Shown piece after piece: positions 28,304 to 39,333 of a stretch of 64,000 nt of DNA (positions are counted from its first letter, which is position 1; each line of letters starts with the position of its first letter). Under the pieces are notes generated by a model. That model ran no database searches, was not told the DNA's origin, and saw only the letters and a program-made list of their open reading frames with translations. Position numbers and translations under genes: made by a program. Source of the stretch: a virus (Duplodnaviria > Heunggongvirae > Uroviricota > Caudoviricetes); the IMG/VR virus record IMGVR_UViG_2734482597_000010. One strand, 5' to 3'.

Positions 28304-29443
28304 ATGGCTGGAAATACCCTGACCGGGTTGATCCCGACTATTTATACCGCCCTGGATGTTGTATCCCGTGAGCAGGTAGGTTTTATCCCTGCGGTAGCAA
28401 AAAACGCAAAAGCTGACGCCGCAGCAAAAGATCAGACGGTAACCGCGCCAGTTGCGCCTGAGGCGAAAACCGAAGATATCGTACCGGGGCCGTCAGCTCC
28501 GAATACCGGTGATCAAAATATTGGCACTGTTGATGTAAAAATTACTAAATCCAAAATGGCACCGGTTAAATGGAATGGTGAAGAACAACTGGCTCTTGGC
28601 CCTTCAGGGACTTACAACACCATTCTGGCTGATCAGTTCAAGCAGGCTTTTCGCGCCCTTGCAAACGAGGTTGAGGCTGATCTTGGTGCGTTGTATTTCG
28701 GTGCTTCCCGCGCCGTGGGAACCGCAGGGACAACGCCGTTTGGTGTTAAAGATGATCTTTCTGATGCTGCTCTGGCTCGTCAGGTTCTGGAGGATAACGG
28801 CGCACCGACAACCGATCTGCAGATGGTGCTTGGCTCCACTGCCATTGCTAATTTGCGCGGAAAACAGTCTGTATTGTTTAAAGTGAATGAATCCGGCACT
28901 GAACAGCTACTGCGTGAGGGCGTGTTGGGGCGTCTGGAGGGATTCAATATTCACAGTTCGGCAGGTGTGAAACGAGCGCCAAAGGTTGCTGCAACTGGTT
29001 ATCTCGTGAATGGAGAGAAAAAAGAAGGCGATGTTCTTATTTCCATTGATACTGGTTCGGGGAGTATTTCTGCAGGTCAGATTGTTACGTTCGCTGGTGA
29101 TCCGAATCAGTATGTTGTGGCAGCAGCGACCAGCAATCTGATTACTCTTGCAGCGCCCGGACTGCGTCAGGATCTGGCCGATGATACTGCCATCACAGTT
29201 GTTGGGGCCTTTACTGCAAATATGGCGTTTGATCGCAACGCGTTTCTGCTGGCATCCCGTACTCCGGCAATGCCGGAAGGTGGCGATAATGCTGATGATG
29301 TAATGAATGTTACGGACCCGATTTCAGGGATTACGTTCCAGATTGCACTGTATCGTCAGTATCGCCAGGTGCGCTATGAAGTTGGACTGGCATGGGGTGT
29401 TTCATCAGTGAAGCCGGCACATGGTTGTCTGATTCTTGGTTAA
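28304..29443 (+). CDS. major capsid protein (putative)
   Basis: AAGGAA RBS; 379 aa; followed by a strong terminator; synteny. Confidence 0.55.
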   Translation: MAGNTLTGLIPTIYTALDVVSREQVGFIPAVAKNAKADAAAKDQTVTAPVAPEAKTEDIVPGPSAPNTGDQNIGTVDVKITKSKMAPVKWNGEEQLALGPSGTYNTILADQFKQAFRALANEVEADLGALYFGASRAVGTAGTTPFGVKDDLSDAALARQVLEDNGAPTTDLQMVLGSTAIANLRGKQSVLFKVNESGTEQLLREGVLGRLEGFNIHSSAGVKRAPKVAATGYLVNGEKKEGDVLISIDTGSGSISAGQIVTFAGDPNQYVVAAATSNLITLAAPGLRQDLADDTAITVVGAFTANMAFDRNAFLLASRTPAMPEGGDNADDVMNVTDPISGITFQIALYRQYRQVRYEVGLAWGVSSVKPAHGCLILG

Positions 29444-29453
29444 ACATTCAAAC

Positions 29454-29473
29454 GGGGCTTCGGCCCCATTTTT
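29454..29473 (+). terminator. intrinsic terminator after the capsid gene
   Basis: GGGGC-TTCG-GCCCC followed by ATTTTTA. Confidence 0.7.
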
Positions 29474-29485
29474 AATGGGGGGCAT

Positions 29486-29662
29486 ATGGCCGGATTAACT
29501 AAAGAGCAAAGAGCACAGCGTGAAGCCGCACAAAAAACGCAAATTGAGTTAGTGGTTATGGTGACCGATTATCAGATGTTTCCCGGCGCACCAACTATCG
29601 CTAATGTTCATCCTGATGAAGTTGACAACTGGAAGGCTATGGGCTGGAAAACTCAGGAGTAA
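29486..29662 (+). CDS. small hypothetical protein (58 aa)
   Basis: Hand-translated ORF MAGLTKEQRAQREAAQKTQIELVVMVTDYQ... below the track threshold, filling the capsid-to-connector gap. Confidence 0.3.
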   Translation: MAGLTKEQRAQREAAQKTQIELVVMVTDYQMFPGAPTIANVHPDEVDNWKAMGWKTQE

Positions 29663-29665
29663 CAC

Positions 29666-30061
29666 ATGATCACTTACGTGACCTGTGATGACGTTGATAA
29701 TGCGTTTGGGAACGCCTGGACGAGTGAGAACGCTAAAAATAAAGCTGTTTTAATGGCTAATGCCTGGCTTAATGGCTTCAACCTGAAAATTAACCCATCC
29801 CGTATTCCGGAAGAGGTAAAACTTGCGGGAGCATATGCAGCCAGAATTGCCTCATTCGGTAAGTTGTTTCAGCAGAAAAATGATTCTGGCGTTGTTATCA
29901 GTAAAGCCGTGTCGGCTGACGGGGTCAGTGTATCGAAATCATTTTCTGAGTTGCCAGCAAACAGCACTGCATTGCTTGAACCCGATTTACAGCTTGCGAT
30001 AGCACTGCTGAAACCGTACGGACTTAGTCGCTCACAAGTCAGGGTTGTGAGGGGGGGATAA
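29666..30061 (+). CDS. head-tail connector / head completion protein (putative)
   Basis: Synteny; 131 aa; tightly coupled to the next genes. Confidence 0.4.
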   Translation: MITYVTCDDVDNAFGNAWTSENAKNKAVLMANAWLNGFNLKINPSRIPEEVKLAGAYAARIASFGKLFQQKNDSGVVISKAVSADGVSVSKSFSELPANSTALLEPDLQLAIALLKPYGLSRSQVRVVRGG

Positions 30062-30444
30062 TGGGGCTTCGTGAAGAGATTCAGTCAGAGGTTGCCGCTG
30101 CTTTTGATGAGGATTTAGCGGACGCCGTGAGTGATTTTTCTGGTTCTTACGTTACGCACCGGCACTGGGATCCTGTGACGGAAACTGGCGGCGAATCCAC
30201 CGCAATCTATACCGGGCGAGGCGTGTTGACACGTTATAAGCTGGGCAGAATTGATGGGATTAATATTTTGCATGGTGACCTTAAATTAACCGCTCTGGTA
30301 TGCGAGGTTACGGATAAACCAGCTGTCGACCATATTATTGAGATTTATGATCCTGTATCAAGGCAGTTACAACGATACGAGGTAATTACAGCAAGTGTAG
30401 ATCCTTCCGCATCAGTTTACTCTATCCAGTTAAGGAGAGCGTAA
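30061..30444 (+). CDS. head-tail joining protein (putative)
   Basis: Synteny; 127 aa; overlapping stop/start. Confidence 0.4.
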   Translation: MGLREEIQSEVAAAFDEDLADAVSDFSGSYVTHRHWDPVTETGGESTAIYTGRGVLTRYKLGRIDGINILHGDLKLTALVCEVTDKPAVDHIIEIYDPVSRQLQRYEVITASVDPSASVYSIQLRRA

Positions 30445-30825
30445 ATGGCAAAGGCATGGGATATAGAACCGTCAATATTTGCCGGGATGATTGAGGAAGA
30501 TGTAGGGCTGAAGATTCGCTACATCGCTATGCAGATTCTTACTGCTATTGATATTGCTGCTCCGGTTGATACCGGACGTTTCAGAAATAACAACCTGGTG
30601 TCGTTACAGCATCCCGATTTTGGTATATCTGATAACGTGGATCCGAACGGTACGATTGCTGTTCAGCGTGGGATCGGGGTTATTTCGAAAGCTGCAAATT
30701 ACGGGGTTATTTATATCCAGAATAACCTTCCTTATGCAGAGGCTCTTGAAAACGGTCATTCACAACAAGCGCCAACTGGCGTGTATGCCAACGCTTTTCA
30801 TGGTGTTTTACAGGCTTACAAATGA
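30445..30825 (+). CDS. tail completion / neck protein (putative)
   Basis: Synteny; 126 aa. Confidence 0.4.
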   Translation: MAKAWDIEPSIFAGMIEEDVGLKIRYIAMQILTAIDIAAPVDTGRFRNNNLVSLQHPDFGISDNVDPNGTIAVQRGIGVISKAANYGVIYIQNNLPYAEALENGHSQQAPTGVYANAFHGVLQAYK

Positions 30826-31214
30826 AGTTTACTGAAATCAGAAATACGGTTATTTCCAGAATGACGGCACAGACGATTATTGATGGAAAAGACGTATTGT
30901 ATCCGAACGGGCCAACGTTCGATCCTTCCGGTAAGTTAATCTGGGCGCGGTTAAGTAATATTCCCGGGCAGGCTGGAGTTAATGAAATTGGCGCGGGGCC
31001 GGTTGTTTATCGCACGGGGATAATCATTATTCAGTTATTTGTCCCCGCAGGTTCTGGTTCAAAACTCATTACTGAGACAGCCGATAAATTGCGGGAACTG
31101 TTTGAGTTTCAGGATGACGATCGTCTCAGTTACCAGGCTGTTTCCTCAATAGCCGTTGGCGAAAAGAATGGCTGGTTCCAGCTTAATCTTCAAATTCCAT
31201 ATCGCGCGCTCTAG
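30822..31214 (+). CDS. tail terminator-like protein (putative)
   Basis: Synteny; 130 aa. Confidence 0.4.
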   Translation: MKFTEIRNTVISRMTAQTIIDGKDVLYPNGPTFDPSGKLIWARLSNIPGQAGVNEIGAGPVVYRTGIIIIQLFVPAGSGSKLITETADKLRELFEFQDDDRLSYQAVSSIAVGEKNGWFQLNLQIPYRAL

Positions 31215-31240
31215 CGCAATTAATGACATAGGAGGCTCCT

Positions 31241-32203
31241 GTGAGTTCAGGTGCAAAGGTTATCTCGGCATTTATCCGGGAGACGGTTGCAGGCACTACG
31301 CCAGCAAGTGGTGACTGGAGTTTATTAAAACGCACAAGCTGGGGAGTAAAACCCACCCAGAATAAAGGCGAAAATAATGAGATTGGTGGCTCCCGGATGG
31401 CTCAGGGGGCGACGCCTGGCACTGTGGATGTCGGCGGTGATGTTGGTACCAAATTTCGCTGGGGTCAACATGATGATTTTCTTGCATCCTGTTTCGGCGC
31501 GGAATGGTCAGGCGATTCTCTGACAATGGGGAATGAGCGAATAACATTTTCTCTGGCGACCTATGCGTCCGATGTCGGAATTGCCTCTGTCGTCAGAGGA
31601 GCGCAGGTTGGCTCATGGAAAATGCAGATCCCTAACGACGGCGATATTACAGCGACCGTAACCTTTGCCGGACTGGACTGGGAATCAAAGGCCGATGATA
31701 CGAATTTTATCAAAGGCGAACCTGTGGATAGTGCAGGAAAGCTACGTTATTCGTTTAAGGAGGTTTCAGCAGTAAGCCTGAATGGTGTTGCCGGAGGTAA
31801 CGGTTTTTGTATCGACAGTTTTGATATTCAGTTCGATAACAAACTCCAGACACAGCGTTGTATCGGGACTGGCTCGCCTTATGCAGGAGCAAATATTCCG
31901 ACTACTTTTACACCGTCCGGTACGGTGACGCTTTCATGGTCTAAAGCCGCGTGGGAAATCTGGAGTAAAACACTGACTGGAGAAACAGTTCCGTTCAGCT
32001 TCACGCTTTCGAATGGAGAGGGGGCATACACTTTCAGTTTCCCGAAGGTTCAGGTGTCAGGTGAATGGCCTGATGGGGGTAATAGCGACATTATCCAGGT
32101 TCAATTGAGCATTACCGCAGCAGATGAAGCACCTACGATAACCAGAAAAAAAAATTCCCCGGCTGCCGTGATCGCAAAAGCCAGTGCTGAGGCGATTAGT
32201 TGA
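31241..32203 (+). CDS. major tail (tube) protein (putative)
   Basis: 320 aa, upstream of the chaperone pair and tape measure. Confidence 0.5.
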   Translation: MSSGAKVISAFIRETVAGTTPASGDWSLLKRTSWGVKPTQNKGENNEIGGSRMAQGATPGTVDVGGDVGTKFRWGQHDDFLASCFGAEWSGDSLTMGNERITFSLATYASDVGIASVVRGAQVGSWKMQIPNDGDITATVTFAGLDWESKADDTNFIKGEPVDSAGKLRYSFKEVSAVSLNGVAGGNGFCIDSFDIQFDNKLQTQRCIGTGSPYAGANIPTTFTPSGTVTLSWSKAAWEIWSKTLTGETVPFSFTLSNGEGAYTFSFPKVQVSGEWPDGGNSDIIQVQLSITAADEAPTITRKKNSPAAVIAKASAEAIS

Positions 32204-32251
32204 TTTTCCGTTATTCCTCCTGTGGTACTGCCCTACAGGGGGACGCATTGA

Positions 32252-32713
32252 ATGAGGTTATGGATGTTTATTCTTAATCAGAAAATTATCATTGGTGGAG
32301 AACGCTGGTTTACGCCAATGAAGGACTTAAAACCTGTAGACGGGTTAAAACTGTTGGTGGCAAGCAGCGATAACGATCAGTATCGCTCCCGTAATGCATT
32401 AATCCGTCGCCACATTGAGAAAATGGATGCCAGTTTGCACGTCGGAACGAAGGAGTTTGATATTTCAAAGGTTTCCGAGGTGGATTCTGTTGATGATTTA
32501 CTCATTGATAATGCCGCTCGTTATCTGCTGAAAGACTGGAAAGGGGTTGGTGAACTGGTTAATGGTGTTGAGGTTGCACTGGAATATACGGCAGAACGAG
32601 GGATCGCGCTGCTTAAGCAGAATCCAGAGTTGTACTGGCAGATCCTTGCAGAAGCAGCCAGCATCGCCCAGGGTAAAGAGCAGCAGAAGCAGGATACGAT
32701 AAAAAAGCCATAG
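32252..32713 (+). CDS. tail assembly chaperone (G-like)
   Basis: 153-aa ORF ending KQDTIKKP* with slippery AAAAAAG at its 3' end; directly upstream of the tape measure. Confidence 0.5.
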   Translation: MRLWMFILNQKIIIGGERWFTPMKDLKPVDGLKLLVASSDNDQYRSRNALIRRHIEKMDASLHVGTKEFDISKVSEVDSVDDLLIDNAARYLLKDWKGVGELVNGVEVALEYTAERGIALLKQNPELYWQILAEAASIAQGKEQQKQDTIKKP

Positions 32714-33021
32714 CTGCCCAGCGGTGGTTATCGGAGTTCGGGGGAGAAAGGGGGGAAAAGGCAAGATGGAAGCGAGAAAAACTCAGGTTGCCACCGATAC
32801 CGGAACCAGAAATAGACCCGGTGCTTAAGGAGTTGTTGTACGCCTATTCGGTAATATCCCGTGCCCGACGTTATGCTGGAATGGCTGGGGTGCCTTTGCC
32901 TTTATCTCTGACAGAGATAAATGAATATTTAGCCACTCATCCGGTATTGATTGAGCGCGATGAATTTGAAGCAGTGATCTTTGCACTGGATGACCAGTAT
33001 TTTCAGGAGCAGTGTGTGTAG
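32701..33021 (+). other. candidate -1 programmed frameshift site (A AAA AAG, 32701-32707) and the -1 frame extension to 33021 (T-like)
   Basis: The -1 frame is open from the heptamer through ORF 32788..33021. Confidence 0.45.
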
Positions 33022-33142
33022 TTGTTAATTACGTACACTCTGTTACAGAGATGTGATGGTGTCTTTAATTAAATCGATGATGCTCCTGGAGAAAAGCATT
33101 GCGTGGCCTCGTAATCGCTATATCTACTATTATGTCGCCTGA

Positions 33143-33166
33143 AACCCACTTCGCGGTGGGTTTTTT
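33143..33166 (+). terminator. terminator-like hairpin upstream of the tape measure gene
   Basis: AACCCAC-TTCGCG-GTGGGTT followed by TTTTTT. Confidence 0.45.
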
Positions 33167-33186
33167 GTTGTCAGGAGTTTTAATAA

Positions 33187-36100
33187 ATGGCAGAGCAAAC
33201 CTCGCGTCTCGCAATAATTATTGATAGCACTGGAGCGAAAAATAATGCTGACAATCTGACCTCCTCATTAGTCAAAATGACGCAGGCTGGGGAAACTGCT
33301 GCAAATAGCGCAGGGAAAGTGACTAAGGCAACAGAAGATGAGAAGAACGCGCTCGCAAAATTAAAAGCAGCTATTGATCCAGTTGGTGCCGCAATTGATA
33401 CTGTCGGTCGACGCTATTCTGAATTAAAGAAATTTTTCGATAAAGGGCTTATTGATAAAGAAGAATATGAATTTCTTGTCCGTAAACTTAATGAAACCAC
33501 AGAGGAATTGAGCGGGGTTGCGCAAGCGCAGAGAGAAGCCGAGAAGGCCGGAAAACTTGCTGCCGCCCAGCAGGAAGCGCAGGCTCAGGCCTTTCAAAGA
33601 ATGCTGGACAAGATCGACCCTCTGGCTGCGGCGCTAAGAAATCTTGAACAACAGCATGATGAACTTAATGCTGCGTTTGCATCCGGGAAAATAAATGGTT
33701 CTCAGTTTGAGAATTATAGCCGAAAAATACAGGAAACACGGCGAGAGCTTACCGGAGAGGCTCAGGCAGAGCGAGAAGCAGCAAAAGCGCATGATGAACA
33801 GGTTGTTGCTTTGCAACGTCTGATTGCTCAACTTGATCCTGTCGGAACTGCTTTTAATCGTCTGGTAGAACAACAGAAACAGCTCAATGAAGCAAAAGCT
33901 AAGGGGATGCTTTCTCCTGAAATGTATGAGGAGCTTTCTGGAAAACTTCGTGCTATGCGGAGTGAGCTTGAGGTTACTCAATCACAATTAAGCAAAACCG
34001 GAATGTCGGCAAAACAAACGGCTTTTGCTATGCGCATGTTGCCTGTACAAATGACGGATATTGTTGTTGGGTTGTCCACTGGTCAGTCGCCATTTATGGT
34101 GTTAATGCAGCAGGGCGGCCAGCTAAAAGATATGTTCGGTGGGATTGGCCCGGCGATCAAAGGTGTAGGTTCTTATGTGCTGGGATTAATTAATCCTTTT
34201 ACCCTGGCCGCAGCAGCCGTTGGGGTCTTAGGACTGGCTTACTATAAAGGCTCTCAGGAGCAGGACGAATTTAATAAATCTCTTATTCTTACCGGAAATC
34301 AGTTGGGGACAACCAGCGGGCAATTGGGCGATATAGCTCAACGTGCCGGGAATGCGGCTGATTCGACAACTGGTGCTGCGGCGGCAGTATTAAATCAGCT
34401 TGTGCGTTCGGGAAAGGTAGCGAGCAGTTCGCTGGAGCAAGTGACGACAGCGATAGTAAAAACGAGCGAAGTAACAGGAATATCAACCGAACAACTGGTT
34501 AATGACTTCAATGAAATTGCAAAGGATCCTGTCAGTGCCATATCAAAACTTAATGATCAGTACCATTTTCTGACACTTGCGACTTATAACCAGATTAAGG
34601 CGCTACAGGATGAAGGGAACCAGCAGGAGGCCGCCCGCATTGCGACAGAAGAATACTCATCCTCAATGATCCAGCGCACCAACCAGATTAAAGAAAATCT
34701 TGGTTATCTTGAGACTGCATGGAAAGCTGTCGCAGACTCCGCAAAATGGGCATGGGATTCCATGCTGGATATTGGCCGTGAGGCCTCCCTTGATCAAAAA
34801 ATCTCAGATGTTCTCCGTCAAATTGATGAAATAGAAAAAAATACCCGACCCGGAGTTTTCGGGTTAGGTGGCATTGGAGATGGCGGAGCTCAAAATAAAA
34901 GGCTGGCACGATTAAAGCAGCAATTGGGCGTACTTCAAGCAGAAAAAATTGCTCAGGACGTACTAAATTCATCAATAAACGATTACAACAAGCGACAACA
35001 GGAAGGAATTGAACTCAGACAGAGAGCAGATGCCTTTTCAAAACAATATCAGACCCGGGAGCAGCAGAGAGCTAGTGAACTTGCAAAACTGGAAAAGCTA
35101 AAGAATCAGTATTCAAAGGAAGAATATAATAATCTTATCGCTCAAATAAATGAGCGTTATAAAGATCCAAAGCAACCAAAGGCGAAAGGTTATTCTGATG
35201 ATGCAGCCCAACGAATGATTGATCATCTGAATCAACAGAATGCGTTACTAAGTTCACAAGCTGAGTTGACCGTTAAATTAAGTTCCTCTGAACAGGAACT
35301 GGTTAAGTGGCGTCAGCGGATTGCCGACCTAGAGTCACGACCATCATCGAAATTAACCCAGGATCAGAAATCGCTTCTCTTACACCGGGAAGAAATAACC
35401 ACGTTGATGGAGAAAAATGTTGCGATTGAAAAAAATAACAGGCTAATCAAGGAATCCGCCGAAATAACAGCATGGCGTGATTCATTGCAGGCTTCGATTG
35501 ATAATCGTCAGCAGGGGTATGATATTCAGATTGCTGGTTATGGGGTTGGCGATAAAAATCAGCAACGCCAGCAGGAATTACTGCGGATTGAACATGGATA
35601 TAACAATCAGCGTCTGCAACTTGAACGTGACTATGCAGATAAATCCCGTGGAATGTCAGATCATGTTTTTCAAGAGAAAATGCAGGCTCTGAATGATGCT
35701 CTGGAACGGGAAAAAGAAATTGTCAGACAGAAAAACGAGCAGCTCGATATTCAGGCAGGAGACTGGGTTAGTGGTGCCTCCCAGGGATTCAATAACTGGC
35801 TGGATGACACTAAGGATATCAGTGAGCAGATAAAATCAACCACGACTCAGATGTTTGATGGGATGACCGATGCGCTGGGTGATTTTGTCACGACAGGCAA
35901 GGCAAATTTTCGTTCTTTCGCTACTTCCGTGATTTCGGATCTTAGTCGAATAGCATTAAAGGCTTCAATTACTGGGATTTTCGACAGCATTAGTAACAGT
36001 TCTTCTGGGGGGATTTTAGGAACTATCGGGAGTGCTATTAGTAAATTTATTCCGAATGCAAAGGGCGGTGTTTATGAGTCTCCGTCATTGAGCACGTATT

Positions 36101-36420
36101 CGAACGGTATTTATGATTCCCCGCAATTTTTTGCTTTTGCAAAAGGGGCTGGTGTTTTTGGTGAGGCTGGACCGGAAGCCATTATGCCATTAACACGAAC
36201 TTCCGATGGTTCTCTTGGTGTCAGAGCTATTAATAGTAAAAGTGGTAATGGAGGCGGAGATATTACCTATGCCCCTGTATACCAAATCACTATTCAAAAT
36301 GACGGCCAGAATGGAGAGATTGGCCCTCAGGCAATAAAAGCACTTATGGGGATGGTTGATCAGCGGGTGCAGGGCAATCTGTTAAATATGCGACGTGATG
36401 GGGGAATGTTAAGTGGCTAA
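33187..36420 (+). CDS. tail tape measure protein (1077 aa)
   Basis: Very long coiled-coil-rich ORF upstream of M-L-K-I-J. Confidence 0.8.
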   Translation: MAEQTSRLAIIIDSTGAKNNADNLTSSLVKMTQAGETAANSAGKVTKATEDEKNALAKLKAAIDPVGAAIDTVGRRYSELKKFFDKGLIDKEEYEFLVRKLNETTEELSGVAQAQREAEKAGKLAAAQQEAQAQAFQRMLDKIDPLAAALRNLEQQHDELNAAFASGKINGSQFENYSRKIQETRRELTGEAQAEREAAKAHDEQVVALQRLIAQLDPVGTAFNRLVEQQKQLNEAKAKGMLSPEMYEELSGKLRAMRSELEVTQSQLSKTGMSAKQTAFAMRMLPVQMTDIVVGLSTGQSPFMVLMQQGGQLKDMFGGIGPAIKGVGSYVLGLINPFTLAAAAVGVLGLAYYKGSQEQDEFNKSLILTGNQLGTTSGQLGDIAQRAGNAADSTTGAAAAVLNQLVRSGKVASSSLEQVTTAIVKTSEVTGISTEQLVNDFNEIAKDPVSAISKLNDQYHFLTLATYNQIKALQDEGNQQEAARIATEEYSSSMIQRTNQIKENLGYLETAWKAVADSAKWAWDSMLDIGREASLDQKISDVLRQIDEIEKNTRPGVFGLGGIGDGGAQNKRLARLKQQLGVLQAEKIAQDVLNSSINDYNKRQQEGIELRQRADAFSKQYQTREQQRASELAKLEKLKNQYSKEEYNNLIAQINERYKDPKQPKAKGYSDDAAQRMIDHLNQQNALLSSQAELTVKLSSSEQELVKWRQRIADLESRPSSKLTQDQKSLLLHREEITTLMEKNVAIEKNNRLIKESAEITAWRDSLQASIDNRQQGYDIQIAGYGVGDKNQQRQQELLRIEHGYNNQRLQLERDYADKSRGMSDHVFQEKMQALNDALEREKEIVRQKNEQLDIQAGDWVSGASQGFNNWLDDTKDISEQIKSTTTQMFDGMTDALGDFVTTGKANFRSFATSVISDLSRIALKASITGIFDSISNSSSGGILGTIGSAISKFIPNAKGGVYESPSLSTYSNGIYDSPQFFAFAKGAGVFGEAGPEAIMPLTRTSDGSLGVRAINSKSGNGGGDITYAPVYQITIQNDGQNGEIGPQAIKALMGMVDQRVQGNLLNMRRDGGMLSG

Positions 36421-36751
36421 TACGGAAGAATTTCACTGGTTACCAGAGGATGGAATGAAAACAGAAAATAAACCATCGATAAAAACTGTAAGATTTGGTG
36501 ATGGTTATGAGCAACGAAGTCCAAATGGACTTAATCATTCTCTGCGCGTTTTCACCTGTGATTTCAAAGTTGAGGCGAATGAACGTGATTCATTTGAAAA
36601 ATTTTTAGCCCGGCATGAAGGCTATAAATCTTTTTTTTGGCGCCCGCCGGGTATTAACAGAAAAATCAGAGTGGTGTGTCGAACGTGGTCAGCGACAGAA
36701 CATATCACCTATACCGATTTTTCGTGTCAGTTTGACGAAGTGGTGATCTGA
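36413..36751 (+). CDS. M: minor tail protein M (first copy)
   Basis: 112-aa ORF related to the M copy at 53501..53830; position before L. Confidence 0.8.
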   Translation: MANTEEFHWLPEDGMKTENKPSIKTVRFGDGYEQRSPNGLNHSLRVFTCDFKVEANERDSFEKFLARHEGYKSFFWRPPGINRKIRVVCRTWSATEHITYTDFSCQFDEVVI

Positions 36752-37449
36752 TGCAGGACATACAACAGGAAACGCTGAATGAATGCATTCGTGCGGAGCA
36801 GTCGGCCAGCGTGGTGCTCTGGGAAATCGACCTGACCGAGGTAGGCGGGGATCGCTACTTTTTCTGCAATGAGCAGAACGAGAAAGGAGAGTCTGTCACC
36901 TGGCAGAGTCGGCAGTATCAGGCCTATCCCATTCAGGGGAGTGGATTTGAGATGAACGGCAAAGGTGCCAGTGCAAGGCCAACGCTGAAAGTCTCTAATC
37001 TGCACGGCATGGTCACCGGGATGGCGGAAGACCTGCAGAGTCTGGTCGGCGGAACGGTGGTCAGGCGTAAGGTTTACGCCCGTTTTCTGGATGCGGTGAA
37101 CTTCGTCAACGGAAACAGTGACGCCGATCCGGAGCAGGAGGTGATCAGCCGCTGGCGTATTGAGCAGTGCAGCGAACTGAGCGCGGTCAGTGCCTCCTTT
37201 GTACTGTCCACGCCGACGGAAACGGACGGCGCTGTTTTTCCGGGGCGCATCATGCTTGCTAATACCTGCACCTGGACCTATCGCGGTGATGAGTGCGGTT
37301 ATCACGGTCCGGCTGTCGCGGATGAATATGACCAGCCAACGTCCGATATCACGAAGGATAAATGCAGCAAATGCCTGAGCGGTTGTAAGTTCCGCAATAA
37401 CGTCGGCAACTTTGGCGGCTTCCTTTCCATTAACAAACTTTCGCAGTAA
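36751..37449 (+). CDS. L: minor tail protein L (first copy)
   Basis: 232 aa, near-identical to the second copy at 53830..54528. Confidence 0.9.
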   Translation: MQDIQQETLNECIRAEQSASVVLWEIDLTEVGGDRYFFCNEQNEKGESVTWQSRQYQAYPIQGSGFEMNGKGASARPTLKVSNLHGMVTGMAEDLQSLVGGTVVRRKVYARFLDAVNFVNGNSDADPEQEVISRWRIEQCSELSAVSASFVLSTPTETDGAVFPGRIMLANTCTWTYRGDECGYHGPAVADEYDQPTSDITKDKCSKCLSGCKFRNNVGNFGGFLSINKLSQ

Positions 37450-37454
37450 ATCCC

Positions 37455-37909
37455 ATGACACAGACAGAATCAGCGATTCTGGCGCACGCCCGGCGATGTG
37501 CGCCAGCGGAGTCGTGCGGCTTCGTGGTGAGAACACCGGAGGGGGAAAGATATTTTCCCTGCGTGAATATTTCCGGTGAGCCGGAGGAGTATTTCCGGAT
37601 GGCTCCGGAGGACTGGCTGCAGGCAGAGATGCAGGGTGAGATTGTGGCGCTGGTCCACAGCCACCCCGGTGGTCTGCCCTGGCTGAGTGAGGCCGACCGG
37701 CGGCTGCAGGTGCAGAGTGATTTGTCGTGGTGGCTGGTCTGCCGCGGGGCGATTCACAAGTTCCGCTGTGTGCCGCATCTCACCGGGCGGCGCTTTGAGC
37801 ACGGGGTGACGGACTGTTACACGCTGTTCCGGGACGCTTACCATCTGGCGGGAATTGAGATGCCAGATTTTCATCGTGAGGACGACTGGTGGCGTAATGG
37901 TCAGAATCT
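37455..37909 (+). CDS. K: tail assembly protein K, 5' part (first copy), truncated by N run 37910-38236
   Basis: MTQTESAILAHARRCAPAESCGFVVRTPEGERYF... near-identical to the second K copy. Confidence 0.8.
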
Positions 37910-38236
37910 NNNNNNNNNNNNNNNNNNNNNNNNNNNNNNNNNNNNNNNNNNNNNNNNNNNNNNNNNNNNNNNNNNNNNNNNNNNNNNNNNNNNNNNNNNN
38001 NNNNNNNNNNNNNNNNNNNNNNNNNNNNNNNNNNNNNNNNNNNNNNNNNNNNNNNNNNNNNNNNNNNNNNNNNNNNNNNNNNNNNNNNNNNNNNNNNNNN
38101 NNNNNNNNNNNNNNNNNNNNNNNNNNNNNNNNNNNNNNNNNNNNNNNNNNNNNNNNNNNNNNNNNNNNNNNNNNNNNNNNNNNNNNNNNNNNNNNNNNNN
38201 NNNNNNNNNNNNNNNNNNNNNNNNNNNNNNNNNNNN
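37910..38236. other. assembly gap (327 N) across the K/I junction, first copy
   Basis: Run of N. Confidence 1.
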
Positions 38237-38693
38237 TGCCGGGCGTGATGCAGGCGAAAATGAATTATCTGCCCGTCTTAATGAACCGCTGGCAAATGGT
38301 GCCGTGATCCACATCGTTCCGCGTCTGGCGGGTGCCAAAAGTGGCGGTGTGTTTCAGGCGGTGCTGGGTGCGGCGCTGATTGCGGTGGCATGGTGGAACC
38401 CTGTGGGCTGGCTGGGGGCCGCGGCTGTATCGGGTATGTATGCAGCAGGGGCCAGTATGATCCTGGGTGGTGTGGCGCAGATGCTGGCACCGAAAGCCAG
38501 GACGCCCACGGCAGCCAGTACAGATAACGGCAAACAGAACACGTATTTCTCGTCACTGGATAACATGGTTGCCCAGGGTAATGTTCTGCCTGTTCTGTAC
38601 GGGGAAATGCGCGTGGGGTCACGTGTGGTTTCTCAGGAGATCAGCACGGCAGACGAAGGGGATGGTGGTCAGGTTGTGGTGATTGGTCGCTGA
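38237..38693 (+). CDS. I: tail assembly protein I, 3' part (first copy), after the N run
   Basis: ...HIVPRLAGAKSGGVFQAVLGAA...VVVIGR* matches the C-terminus of the second I copy. Confidence 0.8.
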
Positions 38694-38753
38694 TGCAAAA
38701 TGTTTTATGAGAAACCGCCTGCGGGCGGTTTTGTCGTTTATGGAGCGTGAGGA

Positions 38754-38868
38754 ATGGGTAAAGGCAGCAGTAAGGGGCATACCCCGCGCGAAGCGAAGGA
38801 CAACCTGAAGTCCACGCAGCTGCTGAGTGTGATCGATGCCATCAGTGAAGGGCCGGTTGAAGGTCCGN
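38754..38868 (+). CDS. J: host specificity protein J, first 38 codons only (first copy), ending at the single N at 38869
   Basis: MGKGSSKGHTPREAKDNLKSTQLLSVIDAISEGPVEGP identical to the start of the second J copy; sequence then switches to IS2. Confidence 0.7.
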
Positions 38869-38869
38869 C

Positions 38870-39333
38870 TGCTGTGATCGTGAGGCACTGCACTGGGCGG
38901 TGACTACCGGCGGCTTCAACAGTGAAACAGTACAGGACGTCATGCTGGGAGCGGTGGAACGCCGCTTCGGCAACGATCTTCCGTCGTCTCCAGTGGAGTG
39001 GCTGACGGATAATGGTTCATGCTACCGGGCTAATGAAACACGCCAGTTCGCCCGGATGTTGGGACTTGAACCGAAGAACACGGCGGTGCGGAGTCCGGAG
39101 AGTAACGGAATAGCAGAGAGCTTCGTGAAAACGATAAAGCGTGACTACATCAGTATCATGCCCAAACCAGACGGGTTAACGGCAGCAAAGAACCTTGCAG
39201 AGGCGTTCGAGCATTATAACGAATGGCATCCGCATAGTGCGCTGGGTTATCGCTCGCCACGGGAATATCTGCGGCAGCGGGCTTGTAATGGGTTAAGTGA
39301 TAACAGATGTCTGGAAATATAGGGGCAAATCCA
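38870..39333 (+). mobile_element. insD: IS2 right-end fragment (3' part of transposase InsD plus terminal inverted repeat)
   Basis: Encodes ...[37 protein letters not shown] (stop 39320-39322) followed by ..GGGGCAAATCCA, as I recall the IS2 right end; the 5' ~870 bp of IS2 is absent. Confidence 0.7.

Noticed and set aside
36727-37536. 269-aa minus-strand ORF antisense to L/K (and its twin at 54112..54855)
   Set aside because: Fully overlapped by well-supported lambda-type L and K genes on the plus strand; the duplicated antisense ORF simply reflects the duplicated sense sequence.
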